From Candidatus Tepidifontimicrobium thermophilum (GTDB lineage: Bacteria > Sysuimicrobiota > Sysuimicrobiia > Sysuimicrobiales > Sysuimicrobiaceae), in assembly GCA_031459915.1 (NCBI GenBank), contig JAVKHO010000003.1, forward strand, positions 32,001 to 96,000: 64,000 nucleotides of DNA, written 5' to 3'. Shown piece after piece: positions 29,367 to 38,814 of the stretch (positions are counted from its first letter, which is position 1; every line of letters starts with the position of its first letter). The position numbers and the translations under genes were made by a program. The notes below the pieces were generated by a model. That model searched no databases, had not been told where the DNA came from, and saw only the letters and a list, made by a program, of their open reading frames with translations.

Positions 29367-30341
29367 CTACGGGACCTCCCCGGAGATCGCTGGCGCGACT
29401 TCCGGGGCCAGCTGGCAGGCGTCCTCCGCGGCCTTCCACGGAAGGGAGTCAGGCGGCAGCAGGATCCGCAGGGCACGGGGGAGCACCCGCGCCTGGATCC
29501 TCCTCGCCGCCTCCATGGGGTTACCGTCCACGTGGGTCTCCACGGGCCGGTCTGCGTCCACGGTGACCCGGCGGCACCTCTGGATCACGATTTCCGGGAT
29601 GGGGGACCTCCGGAGCATCTTGAGCGCCGCGTTCAGGGATCGCATGCGGCGCATCTCCTGGATGATGTACAGGTCCAGCAGCCCGTCACGGAGACTCGGG
29701 GTGGGCAGAGCGGCCACCCGCTCCCCGTACATGCGCCCGTTCACCACCGCTACCAGCAAGACCCGGCCCGTAAACCGCTCCGACTCGGTGGTGACCTCTA
29801 CCTCGAGGGGCTCGCGGCCAGCCACCAGCTCCAGCAGGCTCGCCAGGAAGTAGACCGCGCGGCCCCGCAGGATGCGCCGGTCCCGGAGGCGGTTGGCGCC
29901 CACCGCCACCCGGGCGTCGAAACCGATCCCGAAGACGTTGGCGAAGAATCGGCCGTTGGCCTCCGCCACGTCGAAGGGTGCGGGCTCCGCGTGGATCAAC
30001 GCCTGCGTGGCCCGCTGCAGGCTCCGGGGGATGGGCAACCCCCGCACAAACTCGTTGGCCGTCCCCGCGGGAATGATCCCCAGCGCGCTGCGCCCGCCGG
30101 CGCGCATCACCCCGTTCACCACCGCGTTTACGGTGCCGTCCCCGCCGACCGCCACGACGGCGGGGAACCCAGCCCGGCTCCCGCGCTCCGCGGTCTCCGC
30201 GAGGGCGTGGAACCCCGCGGCCTGTTGGACCTCGTAGGCCACGCCCCGGCTGCGGAGCGCCCGCGTCACCAGGGGCAACGCGTCCGCGATCCGCCCGCCA
30301 CCCGCGTACGGGTTGACCACCAGAAGCAGCGGCTGCACCAC
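29367..30341 (-). CDS. Diacylglycerol/lipid kinase family protein (YegS/DagK-like)
   Basis: VVNPYAG, VGGDGTVN, IPAGTAN, GIGFDA, VDGNP. Confidence 0.92.
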   Translation of the reverse strand: MVQPLLLVVNPYAGGGRIADALPLVTRALRSRGVAYEVQQAAGFHALAETAERGSRAGFPAVVAVGGDGTVNAVVNGVMRAGGRSALGIIPAGTANEFVRGLPIPRSLQRATQALIHAEPAPFDVAEANGRFFANVFGIGFDARVAVGANRLRDRRILRGRAVYFLASLLELVAGREPLEVEVTTESERFTGRVLLVAVVNGRMYGERVAALPTPSLRDGLLDLYIIQEMRRMRSLNAALKMLRRSPIPEIVIQRCRRVTVDADRPVETHVDGNPMEAARRIQARVLPRALRILLPPDSLPWKAAEDACQLAPEVAPAISGEVP

Positions 30342-30350
30342 AAGCCCATT

Positions 30351-31193
30351 CTACGGTACCGGGCCGGGGGGAGCCGGCCGCGAGCCCTCGCCGGCCAGGA
30401 GCCCCGCCAGGAAGCCCGCCAGGGTGTCCGCGCCGGAGGTCTCACCGACCGACAGAACCTCCCGCGCAGCCGCTTCCCAGTCTCCTTCTGAAAGCGAAGC
30501 CGCGAGGCGGTGCCACGCTTCGGAGGCAAACCCTGCCGCAGCGGCCCGCAGGTAGGCTCGGGCGATGCGGTGCGTGCCCCGCGCGTGCTGCAGCAGGGTC
30601 TCCCGCGGCCGGCCCTGCAGGTAGAGGGCCAGCATCCAGCCGCACAGGAAGTCGTCCCCGCTGGGCGTGAGCCCCTGGCCGAGGCCGCAAAGCAGCCCGC
30701 AGCCGGATGCGTGCGCGCCCGCGGCGAGGGCAAGGGCTCCCTCCAGGGCCCTTCGATGCCAGTCGCGTAGGGAGGGACCGCGGCCTTGCAGCAGATGGGG
30801 GACCAGGCACGCGAGGCTTTCCGGCGGAGCTGACGCTACCAGCCACGCGCAGCAACGGCGCACCTGAACGGGGTCGGGCCTTGCGCGGGGCAGCGTGGGG
30901 TCCCACCGCGCCGCACCGTCGAGGTCCAGGGTCTGTTCGCCTGCTTGCAGGCAGGAGGGGGTGATCCGCACAGGATCCCCGGGCTGCAGGGACGCCCACG
31001 ACACACCTTCTGCGAGCAGACTCAGCGGGCCCCGACCGAGGTCCGGCGCCACCAGCGCGGCCACCGTCTCCTCAGGTCCCCAGAAGGCTACGTAGGCGCA
31101 GCGGCGGAAGGTGGCCAGCACGCGGCCCTGGGCGCCCCGGGCGCGGAGCGGCTCCAGCCAACGGGGGTACGCGAGGACGCGCACGGCGTTCAA
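30351..31193 (-). CDS. DUF2877 family protein (YlbF/AllH/YahE-like)
   Basis: GPLS, GLGQGLTPSGDDFLCG, GETSGADTLAG; TTG start overlaps the 2Fe-2S gene stop. Confidence 0.85.
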   Translation of the reverse strand: MNAVRVLAYPRWLEPLRARGAQGRVLATFRRCAYVAFWGPEETVAALVAPDLGRGPLSLLAEGVSWASLQPGDPVRITPSCLQAGEQTLDLDGAARWDPTLPRARPDPVQVRRCCAWLVASAPPESLACLVPHLLQGRGPSLRDWHRRALEGALALAAGAHASGCGLLCGLGQGLTPSGDDFLCGWMLALYLQGRPRETLLQHARGTHRIARAYLRAAAAGFASEAWHRLAASLSEGDWEAAAREVLSVGETSGADTLAGFLAGLLAGEGSRPAPPGPVP

Positions 31194-31678
31194 GTGCGGC
31201 GGGCCTGCAGGCGGCGTGCCGCGTCCTCCACCGCGCGGACGATGTTCTGGTAGCCGGTGCACCGGCAGAGGTGGCCTGCGAGGGCTTCCCGGATCTGCTG
31301 GCGGGACGGAGCGGGGTGCTCCCGCAGGAAGGCGACCACCGTCATCAGGATGCCCGGCGTGCAGAATCCGCACTGCAGCCCGTGGTTCTCCCAGAAGGCT
31401 TCCTGGACGGGGTGGAGCCGATCCACAGTACCGAGCGCCTCCACCGTGGTTACCCGGTGGCCGGCGGCCTGGATCGCCAGCAACAGGCACGACCGTACAG
31501 GCTCGCCGTCCAGCCACACCGTACACGCACCGCACACGCCCTGCTCGCAGCCCACGTGGGTGCCGGTAAGCTGCAGGTCCTCCCGGAGGACGTCTGCCAG
31601 GGTCTTGCGGACAGGCACCGTGACGGTGTAAGCCGCGCCGTTCACCTCCAGCTGCACGGTCCGCAGGGGTTCACGCAT
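31190..31678 (-). CDS. Molybdo-hydroxylase (2Fe-2S) subunit, CoxS-like
   Basis: GCEQGVCGACTV, SCL, QCGFCTPG, CRCTGY. Confidence 0.95.
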   Translation of the reverse strand: MREPLRTVQLEVNGAAYTVTVPVRKTLADVLREDLQLTGTHVGCEQGVCGACTVWLDGEPVRSCLLLAIQAAGHRVTTVEALGTVDRLHPVQEAFWENHGLQCGFCTPGILMTVVAFLREHPAPSRQQIREALAGHLCRCTGYQNIVRAVEDAARRLQARRT

Positions 31679-32558
31679 GGGCGCCTCCGGAGCGGGTCCG
31701 GGCGCGGGTCCAGGCGAGGCGGACGGTGCGCGCGGTCAGCACCGCGGCCAGGTGCCGCCGGAACTCACTGGAGGCGTGGAGGTCTCCGTCCGGCTGGAGG
31801 ACGCGGCGCGCCTCCGCGGAGGCGGCCCGGATTCCCTCTTCCAGGTCCGAGTGTTCTACCAGGGCGGCCTCCGCTTCGCGCAGCCGGACCGGTACCGGCC
31901 CTGCGCCCGCGTACGCCAGCCGGGCGTCCTGAATCCGTCCGTCCCCGGCCCGCACGCCTGCGGCCACCGCACACAGCGCGTAGTCCCCGTGACGGTTGCT
32001 CACCTCCAGGAAAGCCCAGCCCCAGTCCGGACCGGTGCACGGGAAACGTGCCTCCGCCAGCAGCTCGTCGGGCCGGAGGGCGGTGGTGAGAGGGCCGGTG
32101 AAGAACTCCTCGGCAGGGATCTCCCGGACCCCGGACCGGCTGCGGGCCACCAGCCGCGCGCCCACCGCCACCGCCACCGCCGGCAGCTCCGCCGCGGGGT
32201 CCGCGTGGGCCAGGCTTCCGCACACGGTCCCCCGGTTCCGGATCTGTGGGTGGCCCACGAACCGCACAGCCTCCGTCAGAAGGGGGACCATGCGCCTCAC
32301 TTCCGCTTCCCGCTCCAGCCGACGCTGGCGGACCCGGGCGCCGACCCGCAACCAGCCGGACTCCTCCGTCAGGTAGTCCAGGGCGTCGATACGGTTGATG
32401 TCCACCACCACTTCCGGACGGGCCAGCCGCAGGTTGAGCAGGGGCATGAGGCTCTGGCCGCCTGCCAGCACCTTCGCGGCCGCCCCGTGGCGTGCCAGCA
32501 GCTCCAGTGCTTCCTCTACGGAAGCAGGGTCCTGGTAGTCAAAGACCGGCGGCTTCAC
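31671..32558 (-). CDS. Molybdo-hydroxylase FAD subunit, CoxM-like
   Basis: KPPVFDY, LAGGQSL.P, IRNRGT.CGSLAHADPAAE. Confidence 0.93.
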   Translation of the reverse strand: MKPPVFDYQDPASVEEALELLARHGAAAKVLAGGQSLMPLLNLRLARPEVVVDINRIDALDYLTEESGWLRVGARVRQRRLEREAEVRRMVPLLTEAVRFVGHPQIRNRGTVCGSLAHADPAAELPAVAVAVGARLVARSRSGVREIPAEEFFTGPLTTALRPDELLAEARFPCTGPDWGWAFLEVSNRHGDYALCAVAAGVRAGDGRIQDARLAYAGAGPVPVRLREAEAALVEHSDLEEGIRAASAEARRVLQPDGDLHASSEFRRHLAAVLTARTVRLAWTRARTRSGGAHA

Positions 32559-32998
32559 GCGGAGCCCTCCTGCAGCTTCCGGTCCAAACACTGGAAGAAC
32601 TGGCCGGCCAGCATGCGGGCGATGCCCGGGATCATGCGGCTGCCGAGGGTCAAAGCACCCCCCACCTGAACCTCTCCGGACCAGCGCACGCCAGTCTGTG
32701 CGCCCTGGTCTTCCAGCTCCAGGACCCCCACCGCCCGCACGAAGCCCGCGCCGCTGCTGCCCTCCACCTGCACCGCGTAGCGCTCGGGCGGGGTGCGCTC
32801 GGTGATCCGGAGCTTGCCCTTGTACGTACCCCGGACTGCGGCGATCCCGATGGACAGGACCGCCTCGAACTCGTCGGGGCCCGTGGGCCGGAGCTCCTGC
32901 ATGCCGGGCGTGCAGCTGGCCAGGGCCTGCGGGTCGTCCAGCAACGCCCACACGCGGTCGCGGGGTGCGTGCAGGGTCTCGGTTCCCTCGATCTTCAT
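32555..32998 (-). CDS. coxG: CoxG/SRPBCC family protein
   Basis: AP.DRVW..L.DP..LA.C.PG, FFQCL; between the large and FAD subunit genes. Confidence 0.88.
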   Translation of the reverse strand: MKIEGTETLHAPRDRVWALLDDPQALASCTPGMQELRPTGPDEFEAVLSIGIAAVRGTYKGKLRITERTPPERYAVQVEGSSGAGFVRAVGVLELEDQGAQTGVRWSGEVQVGGALTLGSRMIPGIARMLAGQFFQCLDRKLQEGSA

Positions 32999-35334
32999 GG
33001 CGTCCTCCGGGAAGCTTTCTGGATCAGTTCGAACAGCGCGTCCGGGTGCAGCGGCATGCGCAGGATCTCCAGCTCCAGGTCGTCCAGGGCATCCTCGATC
33101 GCCTGCGCCAGGAGCGCGGGAACCGGGATCACACCTCCTTCCCCCGCCCCCTTGGCACCGATGGGGTTCAGGGGCGATGGGGTCTCCTGGTGGATCACCT
33201 CGACCTCCGGGATCTCCACCGCGGTGGGGATGTGGAAGTCCATGAAGGAGCCCGACAGCAGCTGTCCCGAGTCGTCGTACACCAGGCGCTCGAAGAAGGA
33301 TCCCCCGATCCCCTGGGCCACCCCACCGTGGATCTGGCCGTCCAGGATGAGGGGGTTGAGGACGGTCCCGCAGTCGTGCACCACCACGTACCGCAGGAAA
33401 CGCAGGGTGGCCGTCTCCGGATCCACCTCCACCAGCGCCGCGTGCACCCCGTGGGAGAAGGTCCCCCGGGGCGGCGCGAAGTAGCGGGTGGCCTCCAGGC
33501 CCGGTCCCTCCCACTCCGCGGGGATCACGCCCCGCAAAGGGTTCGCCGCGCGGGCGACCTCGCCTAGGCTCACGGAGCGCGACGGCGCGCCGCGCACCCG
33601 GACCCGTCCATCCGCCAGCTCCAAGTCCTCCGGACTGGCTTCCAGGAGGGAGGCGGCCACCTGCAGGGCCTTCTGCCGGACCGCCTGAGCCGCCAGGTGC
33701 ACCGCGCTGCCGGCCACCACCGCGGCTCGGCTGGCAAACGTCCCAGTTCCCCACCCGAAGGCGCCGGTGTCCCCCGTGACCACGTGGACGTCCCCTACGT
33801 CCACGCCCAACGCTTCTGCCACCACCTGGGCCAGCGAGGTAGCGTGGCCCTGTCCCTGGGTCCCCACGCCGGTGGCCACGTACACCTTCCCTGAAGGTTC
33901 CACGGTGACACGGCAGCCCTCGTACGGGCCGATGCCGGAGCCCTCCACGTAACACGCGAACCCGAGCCCCACCCGACGGCCCTGGGCCCGGTAGCGGGCC
34001 TTCTCCTCCGGCCACCGGCAATACCCTACCTCCTCCAGGGCGCGTTCCAGGGCCGCGGGGTAGTTCCCGCTGTCGTACACCAGGGGCGCGTTGTCCTGGT
34101 AGATCAGGCCCACGTCGTAGGGGAACTCGTGGGGCTGGATGAAGTTCCGGCGGCGGATCTCTGCGCGGTCCATGCCGAGCTCGCGGGCGGCGAGGTCCAG
34201 CAGCCGCTCCATGACGAAGACCCCGTGGGGCCGGCCCGCGCCCCGGTACGGGCTCACGATGGTCTTGTTGGTGAACACCGCGCGGAACTCCGCGTGGTAG
34301 TTGGGGATTCGGTACGGCCCCGGGAGCGTGCACTCTGCCACGATGGGAACGATGAGGCCGTAGGGGATGTACGCACCGGCGTCGTGGAGGAACACCGTGC
34401 GGACCCCGAGGATGCGGCCCTCGCGGTCGAGGGCGATCTCCGCGTCGTGGATCTGAGTGCGCTCGTGGTTGGTGGCCACGAAGTGCTCCCGCCGATCCTC
34501 GATCCACTTCACGGGCCGGCCCAGCCGCATGGCCGCCAGGGGCACCAGCACCTCCTCCGGGTAGAACATCATGATCTTCGGCCCGAACCCGCCGCCCACG
34601 TCCGGCGCGATCACCCGCACGTCCTTCTGCGCCAGCCCGAACAGCGCCGCTAGGCCGTTGCGGATCGGGATGGGGGCCTGGGTACTGTCCCACACCGTCA
34701 GCTGGCGTGCCCTGGGGTCCCACTGCGCCACGACCCCGCGGGTTTCGATGGGCGAGGCGCACCCCCGGTCCACCACGAACCGCCGCGCCACCACGAGATC
34801 CGCGCGGGCGCGGGCGGCCTCGTAGTCGCCCACGCGCTGGACCGAGTGGGCGGCCACGTTGGTGCCGATGTCCTCGTGCACCAGCGCAGGCCGGCCGGCG
34901 GCGGCCTCCTCCAGATCCACCACCGCCGGCAGGGGCTCGTAGTCCACCTCGACGAGCTCTAGGGCGTCTTCCGCCGCATACCGGCTGGTGGCCACCACGA
35001 ACGCCACGGGTTCGCCCACGTGTCGGACCTTGTCGGGGGCCAAGGCGTACTGGGTCTTGTGGTGCTTGAGGTCCGGGTGGGGGATGAGCTTCGGAAGCGG
35101 CTCCCGGAGGCTGGGGGGCAGGTCCCCGTGGGTCAGCACCAGGAGCACGTCCGGGTGCTCGAGGGCCCGGCGGACGTCGATCCGCCGGATTCGGGCGTGC
35201 GCGTGGGGGCTACGGAGTACCGCGGCGTGCAGCATCCCCGGCAGCTGGACGTCATCTACGAACAGGCCCTGGCCCACGAGGAGGCGAGGGTCCTCGTTGC
35301 GCTTGATGGGCGCGCCGAGCCAGCGGGTCGCCAT
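32995..35334 (-). CDS. Xanthine dehydrogenase-family molybdopterin subunit (CoxL form II-like; substrate unknown)
   Basis: RNEDPRLL.G, RSPHAHA, VGGGFGPK, active-site loop PYRGAGR, GQGH.T, GAKGAGEGG. Confidence 0.93.
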   Translation of the reverse strand: MATRWLGAPIKRNEDPRLLVGQGLFVDDVQLPGMLHAAVLRSPHAHARIRRIDVRRALEHPDVLLVLTHGDLPPSLREPLPKLIPHPDLKHHKTQYALAPDKVRHVGEPVAFVVATSRYAAEDALELVEVDYEPLPAVVDLEEAAAGRPALVHEDIGTNVAAHSVQRVGDYEAARARADLVVARRFVVDRGCASPIETRGVVAQWDPRARQLTVWDSTQAPIPIRNGLAALFGLAQKDVRVIAPDVGGGFGPKIMMFYPEEVLVPLAAMRLGRPVKWIEDRREHFVATNHERTQIHDAEIALDREGRILGVRTVFLHDAGAYIPYGLIVPIVAECTLPGPYRIPNYHAEFRAVFTNKTIVSPYRGAGRPHGVFVMERLLDLAARELGMDRAEIRRRNFIQPHEFPYDVGLIYQDNAPLVYDSGNYPAALERALEEVGYCRWPEEKARYRAQGRRVGLGFACYVEGSGIGPYEGCRVTVEPSGKVYVATGVGTQGQGHATSLAQVVAEALGVDVGDVHVVTGDTGAFGWGTGTFASRAAVVAGSAVHLAAQAVRQKALQVAASLLEASPEDLELADGRVRVRGAPSRSVSLGEVARAANPLRGVIPAEWEGPGLEATRYFAPPRGTFSHGVHAALVEVDPETATLRFLRYVVVHDCGTVLNPLILDGQIHGGVAQGIGGSFFERLVYDDSGQLLSGSFMDFHIPTAVEIPEVEVIHQETPSPLNPIGAKGAGEGGVIPVPALLAQAIEDALDDLELEILRMPLHPDALFELIQKASRRTP

Positions 35335-35484
35335 GGCTGTCCCTCTTCCGAACGTCCGGAACGGAACGTTTGTATTCGCCGCCGGCCCAGGAAGACCCTA
35401 CCGGGCGGCAGGAGATCTGCCGCCGGCTGCGGAATCCACGGCCAAAAGGGCCTGTTGCGCCCCCGGGACGGTGGGTGGTCGAAG

Positions 35485-36561
35485 ATGCAGGGGGTTTCAC
35501 TGGCGCACGAGCCGCTCGCGCAGCTCCAGAGGGAGCCGTGGATTTCGGGGCTCAGCCTGCGGCACGAGGCCGCGTGGCGGGGATCCCGGGTCTCCCAGCA
35601 GAGCCTCCTGGAGGCCGCGCGGCGCATCCTGCGGCCTATGGACCTGCAGGGGGTCCTGGAGGAGGCCCTGACGGTGATCCACACGGTGTTCGGGTACCGG
35701 ATCTCCGCGGTCCTGCTCCTGGACCGGGAGGCGCGGGAGCTGTGGTGCGCGGCGCACCGGGGATGGGCGCCGGAGGCCGTGCGGCGGCGGTACCGGGTGG
35801 GCCGGGAGGGCGTGGCCGCGTGGGTGGCGTATACCGGCTGGCCCTACTACGCGCCCGACGTGCAGCGGGACCCCAGGTACGTGGAGATCGCGGCGGGGGT
35901 CCGCAGCGAGCTGGCACTGCCCCTGCGGCCGGAGGTGAGCGAGACCGTTGGCGTGCTCAGTGTGGCCAGCACCGAGCCCGAGGCCTTCTCCGAGGACTCC
36001 CGGAGCCTCCTGGAGGCGTACGCCCTGCTGCTGGCTGCGGCGGTCCAGAGGGCGGAGCGGGACGCGGAGCTGAGCCGGCTCGCCCTGACGGACCCGCTTA
36101 CGGGGCTGGCCAACCACAGGGCGCTGTACCAGACCCTGCGGCGGGAGCTGGCGCAGGCTTCCCGGTATTCGTTCCCGCTGTCCGTGGTGCTGCTGGACCT
36201 GGACGGCTTCAAGCAGGTGAACGACCTGTTCGGCCACCCCTACGGGGACGAAGTCCTCCGGCAGGTGGCACGCATGGCCACGGAGGCCTGCCGGGGCATG
36301 GACCTCCCCGCGCGGCTCGGGGGAGAGGAGTTCGTACTGGTCCTGCCTCACGCGCCCAAACTGGCGGCCCTGCAGGTAGCGGAGCGGCTCCGCAGACGGA
36401 TCGAAGAGACGTCTCTGGAGGAGGGGCTCCGGCTGAGCGCTAGCTTCGGCGTCGCCGTCTTCCCCGACGACGGCAACACCCCCGACGCTTTGGTGCGCGC
36501 CGCCGACGAGGCCATGTACCGGGCCAAGCGGGCGGGCGGCAACCGCGTGGAGGCGTCCTGA
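35485..36561 (+). CDS. GAF-GGDEF diguanylate cyclase
   Basis: GAF (PDV..DPRY, RSELALPL), TDPLTGLAN, DLDGFK.VND.FGH..GD, I-site RGMD, GGEEF; start approximate. Confidence 0.9.
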   Translation: MQGVSLAHEPLAQLQREPWISGLSLRHEAAWRGSRVSQQSLLEAARRILRPMDLQGVLEEALTVIHTVFGYRISAVLLLDREARELWCAAHRGWAPEAVRRRYRVGREGVAAWVAYTGWPYYAPDVQRDPRYVEIAAGVRSELALPLRPEVSETVGVLSVASTEPEAFSEDSRSLLEAYALLLAAAVQRAERDAELSRLALTDPLTGLANHRALYQTLRRELAQASRYSFPLSVVLLDLDGFKQVNDLFGHPYGDEVLRQVARMATEACRGMDLPARLGGEEFVLVLPHAPKLAALQVAERLRRRIEETSLEEGLRLSASFGVAVFPDDGNTPDALVRAADEAMYRAKRAGGNRVEAS

Positions 36562-36565
36562 CGGG

Positions 36566-38317
36566 GTGGCCGCCCCCAGACCTGGCGTCACCTTGACCGA
36601 GACCGTGCTCGCAGACCTCCTGCGCACGCCCAGCCGCCGCTTCGTACCGACGGACGTAGACCTGGGAGACTGGTCGCAGGTCGAACCCCTGTTCCGAGGC
36701 CTCCTGCGCCGACCCGTGGACTCCGCGGCCAGCCTGGAGGAGTGGCTTTTGGACTGCAGCGAGCTCGCCTCCGCGCTTTCGGAGGAGCGGAGCCGCCGCT
36801 ACGTGGCGATGACCCAGCAGACGGACGACCCTGCTCGGGAGGCCGCCTACCTGCGCTTCGTGAGGGAGATCCAGCCACGGGCCGAGCCCCTGTGGTTTGA
36901 CCTCCGCCGACGGTACTTGGAGCTGCGGACGCGGTATCCGCTTCCGGAGGACCGGTATTTCGTCCTGGACCGGGAGGTGCGCAACACGGCGGAGCTGTTC
37001 CGGGAGGAGAACGTGCCCCTGCGGGTGCAGGAGGCGGAACTGGAGCAGCGCTACCAGAAGGTCGCGGGCGCGTGGACGGTCCACTTCCGCGGGCGGGAGT
37101 ATACGGTCCAGCAGATGGGCCGCTTCCTGGAAGAGCCGGACCGCGCCCTCCGGCAGGAGGCGTGGGAGGCGGTGGTGCGGCGTCGGCTGAACGATCGCGA
37201 GGTCCTGGACGGCCTGTTCGACCAGCTGGTCCGGCTGCGCGACCGCATCGCCCGTAACGCGGACTTCCCCGACTACCGGGCCTACGCCTTCCGGGCCCTG
37301 GGGCGGTGGGACTACACCCCGGAGGACTGCCTGGCCTTCCACGCGGCGGTGGAGCGGCACGTGGTGCCCTTGTTGGAGGCCGTGTACGAGCGACGGCGGC
37401 GGGAGTTGGGCGTGGATCGATTGCGGCCCTGGGACGTGGAGGTGGACCCCCAGGGCCGCCCTCCGATGCGGCCCTTCGCAGACGGGAAGGAGCTCGCCCG
37501 GAAGGGGGTCCAGCTGTTCGAGCGGATCCACCCGGAGCTGGGAGCACGGTTCCGCTTCCTCGTCGAGCAGGGCCTGCTGGACCTGGACAGCCGCAAGGGC
37601 AAAGCCCCGGGAGGCTACCAGGCCACCTTCGACGAACGGCGCTGGCCGTTCATCTTCATGAACGCCGCGGGGCTGGCCTCGGACGTGCGGACCCTGGTGC
37701 ACGAAGCGGGCCACGCCTTCCACGCCCTCGCGGTGCGGGACGAGCCGCTCCTCAGCTACCGCCACGCGCCCACGGAGTTCTCCGAGGTGGCCTCCATGGG
37801 CATGGAGGTGTTGAGCGTTCCCCACCTGGACGTGTTCTACGCGGATCCTGCAGACCTCCGGCGGGCCCGCCGGGAGTTCTTCGAGGGCGTCCTCCGCCTG
37901 TTGCCGTGGGTCGCCACCGTGGACGCCTTCCAGCACCAGCTGTACACCAAGCCCGAGCACAGCCGGGAGGAACGGGCCCGGTGGTGGGTCACGGTGTTCC
38001 GCCGTTTCCAGCGGGGAGTGGACTGGTCAGGGTACGAGGAAGCGGAGGCGTACCTTTGGCACCGGCAGGTGCACCTGTTCGTGCACCCCTTCTACTACAT
38101 CGAGTACGGGGTCGCGCAGCTGGGCGCGCTGCAGCTGTGGCTGCGCTCTCGGGAGGACTTCGCGGAAGCGGTGGGGCGCTACCAGTCCGCCCTGAGGCTG
38201 GGCGGATCCCGGCCGCTGCGGGAGCTGTTCGAGGCCGCGGGCCTCCGCTTCAGCCTGGGCGAAGACGTCCTAGCCCCCCTGGCTCGTGCTCTGGCGGAGG
38301 AGCTGGAGCTCGGCTAG
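36566..38317 (+). CDS. M3B family oligoendopeptidase
   Basis: R.GKAPGGY, PFIFMN, HEAGHAFH, EFSEVASM.ME, PFYYIEY. Confidence 0.93.
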   Translation: MAAPRPGVTLTETVLADLLRTPSRRFVPTDVDLGDWSQVEPLFRGLLRRPVDSAASLEEWLLDCSELASALSEERSRRYVAMTQQTDDPAREAAYLRFVREIQPRAEPLWFDLRRRYLELRTRYPLPEDRYFVLDREVRNTAELFREENVPLRVQEAELEQRYQKVAGAWTVHFRGREYTVQQMGRFLEEPDRALRQEAWEAVVRRRLNDREVLDGLFDQLVRLRDRIARNADFPDYRAYAFRALGRWDYTPEDCLAFHAAVERHVVPLLEAVYERRRRELGVDRLRPWDVEVDPQGRPPMRPFADGKELARKGVQLFERIHPELGARFRFLVEQGLLDLDSRKGKAPGGYQATFDERRWPFIFMNAAGLASDVRTLVHEAGHAFHALAVRDEPLLSYRHAPTEFSEVASMGMEVLSVPHLDVFYADPADLRRARREFFEGVLRLLPWVATVDAFQHQLYTKPEHSREERARWWVTVFRRFQRGVDWSGYEEAEAYLWHRQVHLFVHPFYYIEYGVAQLGALQLWLRSREDFAEAVGRYQSALRLGGSRPLRELFEAAGLRFSLGEDVLAPLARALAEELELG

Positions 38318-38814
38318 CTCCCTGACGCCGGCCCCCGAGCTGCCGGCACGGTGCGGGGCGAGGCCTCCCGTTTGTAGACCAGGATCGTCCGGAAGAACTC
38401 GATCACCACCAGGCCGTCCTGGTTGTAGCCCGTGGTCTTCACCCGGACGATCCCCATGCCGGGACGCGAGCGGGACTCCCGCTTGTCCACCACCTCGCTA
38501 CGGGCGTACAGGGTGTCGCCCTCGAACACTGGGTGGGGCAGGCGCACCTGGTCCCATCCCAGGTTCACCGCGTTCTGCGAAAGATCCGCCACCGACAGCC
38601 CGGTGACCAGGCTCAGGGTAAAGCAAGAATTCACCAGGGGCCGGCCGAACTCCGTGCGGGCTGCATAGCCGGCGTCGAAGTGGATGGGGTTGGTGGCCAG
38701 GGTGAGGAGGCTGAACCACACATTGTCCGCCTGGGTGACCGTGCGTCCCCAGGGGTGGTGGTACACGTCCCCCACCTGGAAGTCCTCGTAGAAGCGGCCC
38801 AGCGCGTGCGTCAC
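38314..38814 (-). CDS. MaoC-family dehydratase (RipB/itaconyl-CoA hydratase-like)
   Basis: GRFYEDFQVGD, GRTVT.ADN.WF.LLT...PIHFD, EFG.PLVNS, NLGW, PVFEGDT. Confidence 0.88.
   Translation of the reverse strand: MTHALGRFYEDFQVGDVYHHPWGRTVTQADNVWFSLLTLATNPIHFDAGYAARTEFGRPLVNSCFTLSLVTGLSVADLSQNAVNLGWDQVRLPHPVFEGDTLYARSEVVDKRESRSRPGMGIVRVKTTGYNQDGLVVIEFFRTILVYKREASPRTVPAARGPASGS

Noticed and set aside
32995..35334. Aerobic CO dehydrogenase (form I CoxL)
   Set aside because: The active-site loop is PYRGAGR, not AYxCSFR, and no coxDEF accessory genes are present
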